From contig NC_043000.1 in assembly GCF_006345805.1 (NCBI RefSeq), forward strand, positions 135,780,001 to 135,844,000: a stretch of DNA of 64,000 bases, given 5' to 3'. Below the pieces are notes generated by a model. That model had not been told where the DNA came from. It saw only the letters and a program-made list of their open reading frames with translations, and did no database searches. This document shows, piece by piece, positions 37,936-53,309 of this stretch. Position 1 is the stretch's first letter, and every line of letters begins with the position of its first letter. The translations under genes were made by a program, and so were the position numbers. Source of the stretch: Octopus sinensis. Taxonomy: Eukaryota.

Positions 37936-39034
37936 GGGAGATAAACAGATAGATTCAAACGAACGATACTGGCACATATACGAACGCTATTGGCGCGCAC
38001 ACACACACATAAACGACAATTAGCTGTTCGTGTGTGTGTGTGTGTGTGTGTGAGTGTATTTGTATGCATATAACTTATAACATTTTAAGTGTTATATTGA
38101 ATTTTAATACTTGGTGTTTTTTTAAAAATTAAATCGTTGAACATCGACAGGGTTGGGCTAGACAGCAGTTATGCATTTTGGAAACTTGGTGATTATTGCT
38201 GTTCTTGGTGATTCTTGCTGTTTGCTTCATAAAGTTTCCTTTCCCCAACTTCGTATCAATGTTGCTGCTGGTTAACAAACGACTCTTTTACCATCGTTTT
38301 ACATTTTCCCTTCCGATTTCTACTGCTTCATCTGTAACCCAAGGCTGGATAGCTACAAGTAAAATATGTTTTGCTAAAGCGCAGCCTGTTTCGTCCAAGG
38401 CAGTTTATGTTCATATTCGCTGCTAATCCATATATTCTAACCCTTGTTTCCTTATCCACTACCTGGGTGTTCGCCAAGCAGGGTTTCTCTCCCAATGCTT
38501 TCTAGCTTTGCTGTCCTCTTGAATGTTATACGGCATTGTGAAGAGTTTCGGGACAGAGTTGAGTAGATCAAAGCAATATATCAAGTATAACACTTCAATT
38601 TATTCTATACTATATCCATCAAAATTTTCAAATTTAGAACTCTGCGACCCTTCAGTAATGAAGTAGTTGCAACAAGAACAGCGGCAGTAACAACATAAGT
38701 AGAATAAGGAGGGGAGGAAAAAGAACCAGTAAAAAGCATATTCGTAATTATACGCCTATAGACATAATCAGAGTAGAGTGATAAAAAAGGGTTCGCTTGG
38801 CAACTACGTGATTCGGGTTTAGCCCTATTGCATGGCACCTCGGGCAAGTGGCTTTTACTATAACTCCATACCGATCATAGGTTTTTTTCTCGCTCACAAA
38901 CTGTTATATCGCACGTTCCGATTGACCTCTACTCAACTCCCGACGTCTAGACTCCTCCCTCTATATCTACGTATTGAGCTAGCCTACTTCATCGTCTGGG
39001 GGCGTCCAGCAACACAAACAAACACACACACGCT

Positions 39035-39119
<85 letters not shown>

Positions 39120-40399
39120 TACGTATATACTGTCGTCTTAGACTACGAGAAAACATATGTTCTGTAATGGAAATCAGTTGACCCCTAGTCACAAATGAAG
39201 TAAGAAAAAGTGCAGGTGAAAGAAAAGGACTATAGAACATTAGTAAGGAATTTGAAAATCCAGTAACTAAGATACTCTTTCAGTATCATACTTATTATTA
39301 TTAGAGCGACAAGATACGCACCAATCTGCCTGCAGTAGAGTATGGCTGAACTTGGATTCTTGGGGAGAAAATGTAACTCCTTAACTCATATGTTACAAAT
39401 GATCACGATATCTGCAACAATAAAAATATACAACACCTCCTTAAGATATAAAGGATGGAGAACAAAATAAATGCTATCCATCATAGTTTTGCCACTAAGC
39501 AGGTAGTAAGTGGAACAGTAAAGATCTATAGAACTTTTCTCAAGTTCAAAATATGATTTTGCTTTCGTTTGTTAAATTCCAACGACGGAGCCTTGTATCT
39601 TTGTCAGCAACCAGCTCAGAGGATTTCAAATAATTAAAAGTAGAAGAGAACATACACATGTGTAAATTTGTGTGGGGGTGATTTTTGTGTCTTAATGTGA
39701 GACAACCAATAGAATAGGTACCAGCTATTAAAAAAAAAAACTATTTCAAGACGGTACTCCAGCATAGCTATAGTCCAATGACTAACACACATAGAAGCAT
39801 AAAAAGATATATTTTCACATAAACAATGTCCATATGTATATTCCACGAATATATACATAAATACCCGCTAACTTATTGCTGCCAATTCAAATATTTTTTT
39901 ATATCCGAAAACCTGACAGATTAATAGGACACATGTCATAAACAATATTCAACAGCACACACAAACAACATACACACACTCGGATAGATACACACGCACG
40001 TACACACTGATAGATACATAAATACTATGTATATCACTTACACGAAATATCCCATCATAGATATACAGACCGTCAATCAAAAGAAAGAAAAAAAGGAAAG
40101 AAAGAACAAAACCTTTATCAAATTATAAAGGGAAAACACTAGAAACCGAGGAAATTATTGATAGCATTCGCTAGAAAAAAGAAAAAGGTTATTAAAAGGT
40201 AAAAATTAGGAAGTTTGTATGCTGTTAAGGAAGGTAAGTTCAGAGTTTTTATATAACAGGAAATGGCAGCTGGATATTCTGGAGAATTTATGCTGCATAT
40301 AAAATGAAGGAGCTCCCTGGCTGAAAAATTCGGAACTCACTTCGTGGCATAAGAGAGTGGCTTAACAAATGAGCGGTATAAGCCAATGACAGAAACGAA

Positions 40400-40431
<32 letters not shown>

Positions 40432-41081
40432 AAGGATTGAAAATGAATAAGTATATGCATTTATAAATAAATATAAAAATATTCAGAGTAACAGCTGATA
40501 ACAGAATGGTAAATGCAAAACCACTAGTATACGAAAACAACGAAAAAAAAAATAATAAAAATGGAAACCAGAAATGGCAATGGAAATCAAAACAAAATAA
40601 AAAGGCATTCTGTCGGAGAGCACCATAGACATTCCTTCTCACAGTAAGCAAACGGGTAATAAAACACATAATTAGTAAAATATGTTTATGACAAACGTTA
40701 GTTGCCTGAGCGCCTTTTCATGTTTTTCCATTACAGCTAGACTCGATGTTATAGACTGGCTTTTTACATCCGTCGATATCCTAAAGTGAGAGACAAGGTG
40801 TTCTTTAACATCTCAGATCAGCTAGCATTTTAGTTATTGGGCGCCTGTCTCCCCTTCTTGCCGTTTAGTTATATAGTTATATAACATATGCATATATACA
40901 TACAAACATACATATGCACATACATATATATATATATATATAGATATATATTATATATATATAATTATATATATATAAATATATATATATATACACACAT
41001 ATACATATATGCAAATAGTCATATATACATACATACATATGCACATACATGTATATATATGTATTATATATATATAATATA

Positions 41082-41166
<85 letters not shown>

Positions 41167-41713
41167 CACCATACATATATGCAAATAGTCATATAATACA
41201 AACCATACACACACGGGTACGTACACACATCATGCTCACATCTCAATGCTACGGTGTGATTATCGATTCCTTGCGAACTACAAATAGCCTTTCACATGTA
41301 TATTAAAAGAACTTGGTATATAAAAGTAAACTCTAACGATGTAATGAGAGGGTATATAGCCGCAGAACCACACAGACCAGCGTGTTTCATTCTGCTTTCC
41401 TTTCTTATAAACACTTCAAACGTGTTTGTATTATTCAATATGCACAGCTATAATTGCAAACAAACATATATTCACACACGCACACACGAAAACACACGCA
41501 GCGCACACACAATGCGTACACACACACGCTCACACAGACAAACACACACACACACACATACATACATATATGAATACATACATACACACATACGTACGTA
41601 CATTAAAACATCATATATACGAAACAGTCAGCCATCCAAATATAGGATTATGTATACATATGTTGATATATGTATATATTCATATGTATATGTATGTATG
41701 CATGAATGAATGA

Positions 41714-41744
<31 letters not shown>

Positions 41745-41877
41745 ATATACACATACATATGTGTCCGTGTATGTGCAAAATTATTTCAGTCCTCTTCATA
41801 TAGGTATGTGTATGTGTAATAATGTATTGGTATTGTCTGAGTTAATAGAGTTAATAAATTCTGTATGCGTCTCGCAT

Positions 41878-41935
<58 letters not shown>

Positions 41936-42268
41936 TATGTTATATATATTTTCATAATATGCGTACGTCACAGTTCGTATATGTAATGTGAATATCTATC
42001 TATCTATTAATGTATATATCTTAACGTATATATACATATATATGTAGATATACATACACAAATATAACATACATAAAAAATACACCCATACATTTATACA
42101 TACACGCCACATACATTATATATATGTATATACATATATATGTCTGTGTAAGTATATATATAAATATACATATATACGTATATATATATATATATATAAT
42201 ATAATATATATTATTATACACATACACACATGCATATATAACCACATGCATGCATGCATACATACATA

Positions 42269-43537
42269 TAGGGTGCGCTGAATAAATTGTGTAAATTACG
42301 CAAAAATTATAATAACTCTGACATCTTATTTTAACAGGTACATTTACCAAAATTACATAAAAATATCCTGAAATACTAAAGAGTAAATTTATTCTATAAA
42401 ATCACCATTGGCTTCAATTACAGCCTCCAGACCACTTTGGAATCTCCTGCGACTGTTCTGGACGGTCTTCTTATTTAAGTTGGTGAATGCTACCATAATC
42501 TTTGCCTTCAGTTCATCTTTGGTGTTAGAAAGAATTTTTTTGGTCTCCTACCCAGCTACCTTCCTCAGGTAATAATCAAGGGTGTTGAAGCCTGAGAGGT
42601 TAGGTGGCCAGATGTTAAATGTGATGTGGTCGCAAAAATTGTCTGACAATCATGACTAGGTGGTCCTGCTTGTATGACATGGTGCAGAGTCCTGATGCCA
42701 GACATAGCGTCTTCCAGCAGCCATCCACTTGACCCAAGAGTAGCACTAATTCCTCCAAGCAATTGATGTAGGCCTCCGTGTTGAGTCTGAGGCCATGTGG
42801 GAAGATGAATGAAGGCATAACGTCACCATCACTAGTGAGCCCTCCAAATACCATGATGTTGACTGGACGTTTGATTTTTATCACTCTCGTTACATGTTTT
42901 GGGGACACAGCAAACCAACAGTTGTTCTGTGTTTTCACCATCTGATCCCAGCAGTAATTTTTCTCGTCTGAGAAAAACCAAAGCCTGTTCGGTTCGTAAC
43001 GCAGTCTTTCCACTTGTCCTTGATAGCTTGGGATAAATATTGGCCCTTTCACATCATGTGTGAGGGACACCGATTGTCTTCATGCACTGCCTGCTTAATA
43101 AGAAACTTGGACATTTGCATGACTCTGGAGATGGACCTGAATGTCAAGGAGGGATTGTCGTCAATCATGGCCCGGATCTCACCAACAAATTCAGGAGTTC
43201 TTTTCTTGTCAGAACGATCGGACTACGTTTTTCAAGCTGCAGTACCTTCGTAATCAGCATTATACCCCTCTAACTCTTTCTGAATCCTCTGCACTGCCCT
43301 CAGATTGACACCAAACACTCTGAAATATTCGTATTGGAGCTTCTGGTATGAATGTCAAGCAGTACAGCATGTCGTTTGCAAATTTCTGGAAGAGTGAATT
43401 GCGTCATGGTGCCGTTTTTCTCACAGACGGTGCCCAACTGATCCTACTATACTGTGTAGACGACAAAATCAGAAACAAACAATGTGCATGCACAAATTTA
43501 GAAATATAAAATAGCGACAATTTATCCATTACACCGA
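42269..43537 (-). mobile_element. Tc1/mariner DD37D (maT) transposon relic, copy 1
   Basis: WFFSDEKN, MVFGGLTSDGDVMP.FIFPHGLRLNTEAY, QDSAPCH...IWPPN. Degenerate TIRs gggtgcgctgaataaattgt / acaatttatccattacacc. Confidence 0.9.
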
Positions 43538-44163
43538 CACACATACATATTGCATTTTATATAACTTACACTTCGAGGCATTCCCTATATCAGCTGTCAA
43601 CTGGACACCATAATGATTAAGGCATTTAGGCACTTTAATATATTATCTCTCCTTCCACTTGTATCATGAAGTATTTATACTATCAAGGAATGATTGCACG
43701 CTTGAAGAATGTGCTTTGCCACCCCACCAATGGTGATTTATAGTGTTAATCCAGACCTGCCCCGGTTCAAGATTGTTAGAAGATAGAAGCATGTCGTACA
43801 TTTCTCTTAAGAGGAACCGCAGCCTGGCTATTTTTTTTATAATTTTATCTTGCGACCAATACATTATTACACATTATTCATACTTAGAACCTCTTACACA
43901 AGTGATTCCCCACGATTATGCAATCATGCATAGGTACATATTCGCACAGAATATCCCGCACATTTGATTCCCTATTCTTCCTTACAAAAACTTATGTACA
44001 CTGACACAAACTTCAATATGCTTCTCCATCATTGCTTACCTGTTTTTCTTTGTTGAAATCGCTTATACTACCCAGTTCCTACTTAGAATTATTATTATAC
44101 ACCTTTAATAATAGTAGATTGCTTTTTCACATTCCAATTTTTTTTTATTTTTGCGTCTCACAC

Positions 44164-44203
44164 TATCAATTTTGGCGAAGGTCAATTGCCTGAAACGTCG
44201 ATA
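44164..44203 (+). ncRNA. Degenerate minimal hammerhead-like motif
   Basis: tatc-aatt-TTGGCGA-aggtcaattgcct-GAAAC-GTC-gata. Stems I and II and GAAAC/GUC are in place, but the CUGA box has two changes. Confidence 0.4.
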
Positions 44204-45329
44204 CTATTCCTTGTATTTACAGAGTGATGGTACCGGGCTTTGTATTCTTGTCCATAGAATTTCCTTTTTACTTGTTTCTATTCATGTTTCACTATGGGCA
44301 CGCACACGTACACATATAGATATAATACGCAAACAGACAGACACCCCCCCCACACACACACAAGAGACCGACACAACGTATTTGTGATTAATTTTGAAAG
44401 AGAGAGTGAGAAGCATATGGTAAACACATATTTAGCCTCCTTGAAAATAAACACCATTGTTAAGCTATATCGCTCTCTATATCCCGGATGAAAGACAGAA
44501 TGGACTAGTCTCCATTAACGTCTTATCAGAATTTACTTACCTGCTTACCTTCTATCTGCTGAATGAGTGTAATGATATTGCAGAAAAATGTAGATAGATC
44601 ATAGTTCAAATGATCGCATCTAAGTTGTTCTGCAAAGTAAAGCCAGTCAATTCATTGGAGCACTGACACAACAGGTTTGAAATTAAATCGAAAAAATTCC
44701 CCCAACTAATTCGAAACCTTTTAATTTTAATAAAAATTTGAAAGCAGAAACTAGTAGGTTCGGTCTTTCATCCAGTGGGCTGAAAACCCTGTGACTCAAT
44801 CACAAGGTCTGTTTCTCGTAGCCTACTTGCAAGTTTCCAGTTGCGCTGTTACACCTATTGTAGCTTGCAGACATATGATATTTCATTCACCAGCTTATCA
44901 TGAAAAGTTTATTAAAATCAAGAATCTCTAAGCGGATTTCACTCATACAAGCATTCGGCTAGGTCTCCAGTTTATGGATACCTTTCTTCTTCTATTCCGC
45001 TTGTCACAAATACCGCCAAAAAGGCTCGTGGACATTCTTCCGTTTCCTCCTGACTGAAAGATGAAAAAAGGAAGAAAATGGAAAATAGGCAAGCTGCTAC
45101 GAAAACTGAGTTTGACAAGAGAGAGAGAGAGGGAGAGAGGGATGAGTTTTCAAAAAACTAAAGGTCGACAAAAACTCGTCTTTAGTGACAAGAAACATAG
45201 TATGACTTTGTTGTCAAAGCATTTCAATACAAACAATAAAACAAACGTATCTCAAAACATGCTGAGTAAGATAGGATTAAAAACATAGAAGGAAAAGAAA
45301 ATTGTTGATAGGAATCAATATCTTGAACT

Positions 45330-45480
45330 GGGGCATTGTCAGAAGCATTTTAGAGCCGGACAAAATGTCTGCAGTATTTCGTTACGGTCTCGTACGTTCT
45401 GAGTTCAAATAACAGTCGAGGTCAACTTGTCTTTTCATCGTCGGGGATCGATAAAATAAAGTACCAGTTAAGTACTGTAG
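45330..45480 (+). mobile_element. Diverged SINE family A fragment
   Basis: tacgttctgagttcaaat...gaggtcaacttgtcttttcatc...gataaaataaagtaccagt. Confidence 0.7.
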
Positions 45481-45984
45481 TGAATTGAGTATTCACGTAA
45501 AAGCATCCTCGATGTGAATGGAATTATAATACAAGAAAAGAAAAAAAAAAAAAGCACATCAATGTTACTACACAAAGAATAAGTTATTTATACATAATGC
45601 CCCTTTGCTTTGTACCGATTTTTGCCTGAACAATTCTATGATCAATACATTTTTATCACCAATTTTTATTTTTTATTATTATCAATTTACACATTCACTT
45701 GCATTTACATTTTTATTTTTACTATATTGGTACTCATATCCTATAGTTGTGAAACAAGTATGAAACTGGCTAAATAACAAAAGTGTTTATGGTGTACTTG
45801 AGCATGTTTTTATATACATATACAGACCTACATGTCTAGACACGCGTGTGTGTGTATGTGCATTTATAATGATGTATGCATATGATATAGGTTACATGTA
45901 TGTATAAGTATTCATTGTATGTATAGGTTTGTTAATTATACCCCCACACAAATGCACGCACTCACAGGCACATACACCTATGTA

Positions 45985-46017
<33 letters not shown>

Positions 46018-46129
46018 ATATACAGAGAAAGAAAGAGAGAGAGAGAGGGGGAGATGAATTGAGGGAATATACGTGAGAGAAAACGTATATATATACATAT
46101 ATATACATATATATATAATATATATATAT

Positions 46130-46165
<36 letters not shown>

Positions 46166-46729
46166 CAGAGAAAGAAAGAGAGAGAGGGGGAGATGAATGA
46201 GGGAATATACGTGAGAGAAAACGTATGTATGCGTAGATTCAATGCTCGTTTCTATGTGCATATGTGTGTGCAGCTGCTCTCGTGCGAGTGCATATACACA
46301 TGAATATGAAAGGAAACTGCAAATAAATATATAAAGCGGTCATTATTTTTTTAATATGCATATATCTGATAGATCTGTAGTATATTAATATAATACAGAA
46401 TACATAAGATATATACATATATATATATAGAGAGAGATTATAGGGAGATATTTCGATACACACACACACCCACACATATGATTGTTGCAACTCCAACTTG
46501 GTCAATGCTACGGGTATGGATTTTCAGTCCTTCAAGATTCCCACTCTCTTTTGCACCGGTGTGGAAATGATGGGCGCATCTTGCAATTGATATGAAGAGA
46601 ACTTACCACCTTTGCTGACACATGCCTTCATTCCATCTGGAAAAAATTTTCATCGATGTTATTGCTTCATTCGTTTACAGCTATAGGATGAAACACATCA
46701 TCATCACCACCACCACCACCACCACCATT

Positions 46730-46761
<32 letters not shown>

Positions 46762-46762
46762 T

Positions 46763-46764
<2 letters not shown>

Positions 46765-46847
<83 letters not shown>

Positions 46848-47480
46848 GGCTCTTCACGTCTTGACATACGGTCTAAGCAGCAGAGAATGTCTTAAGTACT
46901 CGTAGTCTTCTTCTTGCAGTTTCTCTCTGTGGCTGACTCTTCCAATGTTTGAAGAGAAGTTCTGCTGCAAAATCTGCAAGCAAAGAGGATGTCACAGGGC
47001 CGCGGTGTGTTGTCTTTCTTTGGCATTTTGTCTCGAGAGCCAGGATTTTTTTCTTTTTCGAGCCGTTTAACTTCTTACTCACTGAGGCTTTCCATGCTGT
47101 TCTTTTCTCAGCTAACTTTTCCTAAGTCTTTACATAGACGTGGCTTCTGATCAGGCTATGTGACCTTGAATTTCAGCTTGGGTCGTCTTCTGGATCTGCT
47201 ACCCTGAGCCAACTGGCGATATAACAGCTGCGTGGAAATTCTATTGTCATCCACCCTCATCACATATCCAAGTTATCTTAGTCTCCTTTTGTACAGAATA
47301 GTTGTCATGCTCGGAAGAATAGCTTGTTTCAAGACTTTTGTGTTGGCTACTTTGTTTTCCCAAGGATCTTGCACAGACATTTCAGATGAAAGATCGAACC
47401 TCTTTTGTTCTGTGTTAAATGTCCAGGTCTCTAATCCATAGAGAAGGGTGCTTAGTATGCACGCTCCATAAATACTGAGA
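46765..47480 (-). mobile_element. 5'-truncated RTE-clade LINE with (AAT)n tail
   Basis: The minus strand translates IYGACILSTLLYGLETW...WENKVANTKVL...RRLR*LGYVMRVDDNRISTQLLY..LAQGSRSRRRPKLKFK, typical of an RTE ORF C-terminus. It ends in (AAT)n. Confidence 0.85.
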
Positions 47481-48244
47481 TATCAAAAACCAAGCGATGC
47501 CTCTGCCTGAAGCTTTATACATTGAAGAAAAGTCTTGCGCGCGGCCAATCCCACTTTTCAAGCAACGCATGCATTTTTCAAAAAAGAAGGGCTGATCTAT
47601 ATTGTAAGATACAAACGAAGATGCAGGTGTTACAACAATGTTTTACTACTCTTAAAATAGGTGAGGACTTTCCCTCCTAGCCGCATGGGAAACAAGTTTC
47701 TACCTATACAACCACGCCTAAGATCAAATTTTCTGTCGATTATTTTATAAATATATTCTCAACGCCGAGTGAATTTTAGTTAACAATTATCCCCGCCATC
47801 TTCCCAGTATGTTCATGAAAATTTCCATAAAATTCTTCTTCCTGATATTTTTGATATTAATTTTCTGTGTCCATTCATTACAAAGAGGGAGCAGTTTATA
47901 TATCGAAAAGCCATTATCCCTCCCCTTATCACGCGTATTCACCCACCTGTGGAAATCAGAGGAAGATAACAATCTCGATATACAATCAAAGGCCAGTTTA
48001 GAATTTTAATACTTCCTGTACCTTTCTGAATTCGCTTTTCATGCACTTTTTTCATGTAGATTATTTTTCGGGAAACTTTCCAATTTCAAAGTATATATGT
48101 ACTAAATATCCTTGTTTAAAAATTCACCACCGCCCGATGAGCGGAAACCGATTAGTGAAGTTTTCAGCTTCCAACATACATGCGTACGTACATACAAACA
48201 TACAAACATACATACATACATACATACATACATACATACATACA

Positions 48245-48278
<34 letters not shown>

Positions 48279-48773
48279 CATACATTTTGCAAGGAAAAGT
48301 TCAGTTGTAACTTAGATGTTTCGGCTCAATTTTCTTTGTCTAACGAAGGCAATCTATTCGAAACATTGACAGTACTGTCAATCAAACTTTTCCTTCTAAA
48401 AATTAATAAATATGGTACTCTATTTAAAAGTTAATGCTTGACTGTTTTCATATATAAATGTGCAGAAAAACCATTAATATTATGTACGTATGTATGTATG
48501 TATGTATGTATGTATGTATGTATGTATGTATGTATGTATGTATGTATGTATGTATAAGAATGCATGGTTGTTTGTCTGCTTGTATATATGTACGTATGTG
48601 TGTGTGTTTATGTTAACAAAAAACTGAATGAAAATGCCGAACAAAATTAAAACAATTGTAGTCATTTTAGTAAAATTAAAAGGTGTATCTAATTTCATTT
48701 AGATATGTCAAATCTCCTTACCTCATATTCCAGCCTGTTTTTACTCTTCATAGGAAGAATACACACACACACA

Positions 48774-48829
<56 letters not shown>

Positions 48830-49632
48830 ACACACACACACATATTTGTGTGTGTGTGTTTTGTTTGTGACAGAGTGTGTGTGTGTGTGTGAATTCAGTT
48901 AAAGATATATTTTCCTTTTATTTGGAGTGTAAAACGAAGAACCCAGCAGTAGCTACCGACGATTCTCAAGGGCGGTGGGCCATAATTTCAAAGATTTACG
49001 ATTTCATTTAATTTACTGTCTTAGAGAAAGAATTGAATGGATTTAATTTGGAGACAAGTGACAACCATGTTCATACTTCGATTCAATGGATACGATTTTC
49101 AAATATAGTAGAGATTTTGAATAATTTAAGCTGGAATAATTTGCATAATTAAAACACAACAATCTAAGGGAAATAACACAAATAAACCAATAGCATGAAT
49201 TACGATAAAGAGTATTAAAGGGTGATGTACTGGAAGCTGTACACAGAAACTCATAATATACTGAACTCTCTTATGAAAAAAGAACATAAAAATTTAGCTG
49301 CAACTGTTAGCAATTCTCAAAGGAGAGAGCAGATAATTTCTGAAGTTAATTTACAACCTTATGGAAAACACAATCTGATATTTATAAGCAATGGGTACCT
49401 AAGGTTGAGTTTTAGTCTATCAGACTTTGGTCAGTGAATGAATTTTCTAAATACTTTGGATATCACTTACAATTGAGTACGATTTGATAGGAATGTGCGT
49501 CGTGCTGTTTTGTCTTGTTGAGGTATTCTTCTGAGTTGTATACAGATACGGACAACGTTTCGACCAACTCAACCTTGATCCAGTCAAATTTTAAGTGTAT
49601 AACGGACGAAAGAGAGGGAAGGAGATAGATAG

Positions 49633-50505
49633 ATGGCTGTGGACAAATGTGCTACCATGCATTTTGGGAGGAAAAATCCAGCGTCTACTTACTCCCTCCA
49701 CAACACTAATCTCAAAAAGTCTTCTTCTGAACGTGACCTGGGCATTATTGTCGACAGCGATTTGCGTTGGACAAGACACATTCCTAAAATTGCCAAGAAG
49801 GCCGAGGGTGTCTTGGCATCACTTACCAAGTCCTTTGTGAGCCGCTCTCCGGCTATCTATCTGAGGCTTTATATAGCTATGGTGCGGCCTCACCTGGAAT
49901 TTGCATCACTGGTCTGGAACCTCTATCTTGCCCAGGATAGTAATCGTCTGGAAACCGTTCAGCGACGTGCAACCAAGAGAATACCCTCCATCAGGCATTT
50001 GCCATATTCTGAACGCCTTACTTCCCTGGGCATGGATACATTGAAACTCCGACGTCTGGTAGCTGACTTGGCAGACACCCATTAAATTATTAACCATCTT
50101 ACTAACAATAACTCTGAGCACCTTTTCAAACTCCACCTGTCTAACACCTGTGGATATGTTTGCAAAGTCAGAAAATAGCACAGCTCCCATGACTTTCGGA
50201 AACATTTTTTCATGCTAAGAGTTGCTGAAGCATGGAACAAACTGCCAGCATCAGTTGTTAGTTGTCGGAGCACTGCTTCCTTCAAAACTTCAATGCTTCC
50301 TGAGATTCGCCAACACTATACCTGATTTTCTTCCCTCCATACACGCGCAAGCATGTGTCTGCTCCCTCCATACACGCGCAAGCATGTGTCTGACTCACAT
50401 ACTGTTCACTTCCCAGACATTTGTACATTACTGCATATGCTTTATACGCACTTTTGACAAGTTGTGGTGCACCTGAGCACTGTATACAATAATTTCATTA
50501 TTACT
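49633..50505 (+). mobile_element. 5'-truncated CR1/L2-group LINE
   Basis: DKCATMHFG...ERDLGIIVD...VRPHLEFASLVW...LETVQRRATKRI...YSERL, then after a stop FFMLRVAEAWNKLP. The 3' UTR has a ~30-bp tandem duplication (50332-50392). Confidence 0.92.
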
Positions 50506-50610
50506 ATAGCTAGATAGCTAGATAGGAACAAACAGAAGAAAAATGAAAGGAAGAGAGAGGAGGGTTGAATCTTACTACTTTCACTGATATATTTCATCGA
50601 CTCCTAAAAC

Positions 50611-50775
50611 GGCGAGCCGGCAGAATCATTAGCACGCCGTGTAAAACACTTGGTAGTATTTCGTCCATCTTTACGTTCTGAGTTCAAATTCCGCCGTAGT
50701 CGACCTTACCCTTCATCCTTTCGGGGTTAATAAAATAAGTACCAGACGAAAATTGGGGCCGATGTAATCGACTCA
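50611..50775 (+). mobile_element. SINE family A (diverged)
   Basis: ggcgagccggcagaatcattagcacgcc...gagttcaaattccgcc...cttcatcctttcgggg. Confidence 0.82.
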
Positions 50776-51091
50776 TCCTCTCCCCAAAATGACTGGTCTT
50801 ATCCTGAAATATGAAATCAATATTTCATTGACCCCAAAAGCACGAAACATAAAGCTGACTGTAGCAGTATTTGAATATATTAGCTGAAACAAAACCTGCG
50901 AGGTACTTTATTTGATGCTGTAATAATTTCACCAATCCATTGTTAAAAGGATTATTCGGCGAAATTTATACTGTGTATATAAAGAGCTGGAACAAATACC
51001 ATAAGGTATTTTATCCCGATGCTCTTTCAATTCTGCCAGTTAATCAACTTGTGTATGTGTGTGTGTGTACGTATTTCTATCTATCTGTCTG

Positions 51092-51186
<95 letters not shown>

Positions 51187-51332
51187 GTCTGACTGTCTGT
51201 CTCTCTGTCTTTCTGTCTGCCTGCCTATCTAAAAGCATAAATGCATGCATACATATATCGCATATACACAGATATAAGCAATGCATACTCAGTGTAAATA
51301 TGGCTTGGTTTCTTTGTTCATGCAAGAATATA

Positions 51333-51550
51333 TACTCTTTACTCTTTTACTCTTTTACTTGTTTCAGTCATTTGACTGCGGCCATGCTGGAGCACCGCCT
51401 TTAGTCGAGAAAATCGACCCCGGGACTTATTCTTTGTGAGCCCAGTACTTATTCTATCGGTCTCTTTTGCCGAACCGCTAAGTGACAGAGACGTAAACAC
51501 ACCAGCATCGGTTGTCAAGCAATGCTAGGGGGACAAACAAAGACACACAA

Positions 51551-51621
<71 letters not shown>

Positions 51622-51793
51622 CATATATACGACGGGCTTCTTTCAGTTTCCGTCTACCAAATCCACTCAGAAGACTTTGGTCGGCCCGAGGCTATAGTAG
51701 AAGGCACTTGCCCAGGATGCTACGCAGTGGGACTGAACCCGGAACCATGTGGTTGGTAAGCAAGCTACTTACCACACAGCCACTCCTGCGCCT
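51333..51793 (-). mobile_element. tRNA-derived SINE family C, full length
   Basis: Head AGGCGCAGGAGTGGCTGTGTGGTAAG...GGTTCAGTCCC, internal (TA)(TG) tract, tail GGCGGTGCTCCAGCATGGCCGCAGTCAAATGACTGAAAC(AAGTAAAAGAGT)n. Confidence 0.92.
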
Positions 51794-51878
<85 letters not shown>

Positions 51879-51883
51879 GCATG

Positions 51884-51920
<37 letters not shown>

Positions 51921-51921
51921 G

Positions 51922-51953
<32 letters not shown>

Positions 51954-52999
51954 GCATGTATATGTATATATACGCATGGAACATGTAGAATATATATATA
52001 TAATTATATATGTATGTATGTGTGTGTCTAAATATATATATTATATATATATATATCTATATCTATATATCTATCTATCTGCCTATATATAAATATAAAT
52101 ATATATATATTATATATACATACATACACACATACACACACATGCATATTAAATTACTTTTTCATATGAATTTCGCCCACTGACCGATCTTCTGATTAAA
52201 TAGTTATAATTTCTTGCATCGATTTCCAGTAAGTAAGGAAAATAGGGATTGGTGAGGTTGTATAAGTTAAATCGCTGTGCAAATTTCCTGGCGAATTTTG
52301 GTGATTGTGGAAACTTTTCACCGGAGGCAGTGAACATATGAAAATCAATTTCAATGAATTTCTTCGTTCTAGGCAGAACTAGTTCCTTAACACCACCATT
52401 TCACTACATGGACAAGCAAATCACCTACTAACAACTGCCACTGACTCTCTTCATCGATAACTCGTCACCATAGCCATAACCATAACCACCGAAGATCACG
52501 TCTATTACCATCACCACCGAGACTAAATCTGTACCCACGATCCCCACTACAACGACGACCACCGTGACCACCACTGAGATCGCCACCATTATTATTGATA
52601 CTATTATCTAACTAAACTATCATTCGTAGTCTAGAACCAACCTCATTATCACTATAAAAAATCTGCCAAGTAATTATTAGAAATACTATCAAAATCAGAA
52701 CCGATAACTGCTGCTATCTCATGTTAGCATTATGAACTAATGAGGAAGACTGTATATAGCCGTTAAACCTGTTAAAAATAATAGACTAATCTCTCTCAAA
52801 TTACACGAAAATGGAAGGACGCATGGAATATTGTAACACTATCAATGCAATGTTTTGTTCATGATTTGTCATCCAGTGTATTCCACTCTTTAATAAATAA
52901 ACAATGAAGCAATAATGTAAAAATATTCTACTAGTTGAGAAGAGTTATTAAAAAGTTATAACAGTTGGGAAAATTAACGCTGGGTATGTCTCTATTAGT

Positions 53000-53291
53000 G
53001 GAGGCACATGGCCTAGTGGTTAGAGCAGCGGACTCGCAGTCGAAGAATCGCGGGTTCGAATCTCAGACCGGGCGATGTGTGTGTTTGAGAGCGAAACACC
53101 TAAGCTCCATGCGGCTCCAGCAGAAGGTAATGGCGAACATCTGCTGATTCTTTCTCACTCTTTCCTCCTGCATCTTGTAGCTCACCTGCGACGGACCGGC
53201 GTCCCGTCCAGGTGGGGAACCTATACGCCAAGGAATCCGGGAATCCGGCCCTTATGAGCGAGGTGTGTCTAGAGAAGGAACAAACAACAAC
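53000..53291 (+). mobile_element. tRNA-derived SINE family E
   Basis: Head GGAGGCACATGGCCTAGTGGTTAGAGCAGCGGACTCGC...GGGTTCGAATC. The central CCTGCGACGGACCGGCGTCCCGTCCAGG resembles conserved central blocks of widespread metazoan SINE superfamilies. (AAC)n end. Confidence 0.8.
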
Positions 53292-53309
53292 GTCTCTATT
53301 ACTATTCCC

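Noticed and set aside
38300-38490. RTE 5' UTR-like sequence (also an APE-like ACMSEIRL at ~44930-44955)
   Set aside because: The similarity is from memory and too degenerate to set boundaries.
49550-49590. ACGTTTCG motif typical of reversed hammerheads
   Set aside because: No TCNTCAG partner follows.
53000-53075. tRNA genes (also at ~26590-26662, 27051-27120, 58806-58875 and 63590-63661)
   Set aside because: A and B boxes are present, but the acceptor stems do not close and each continues into a SINE body. They are SINE heads.
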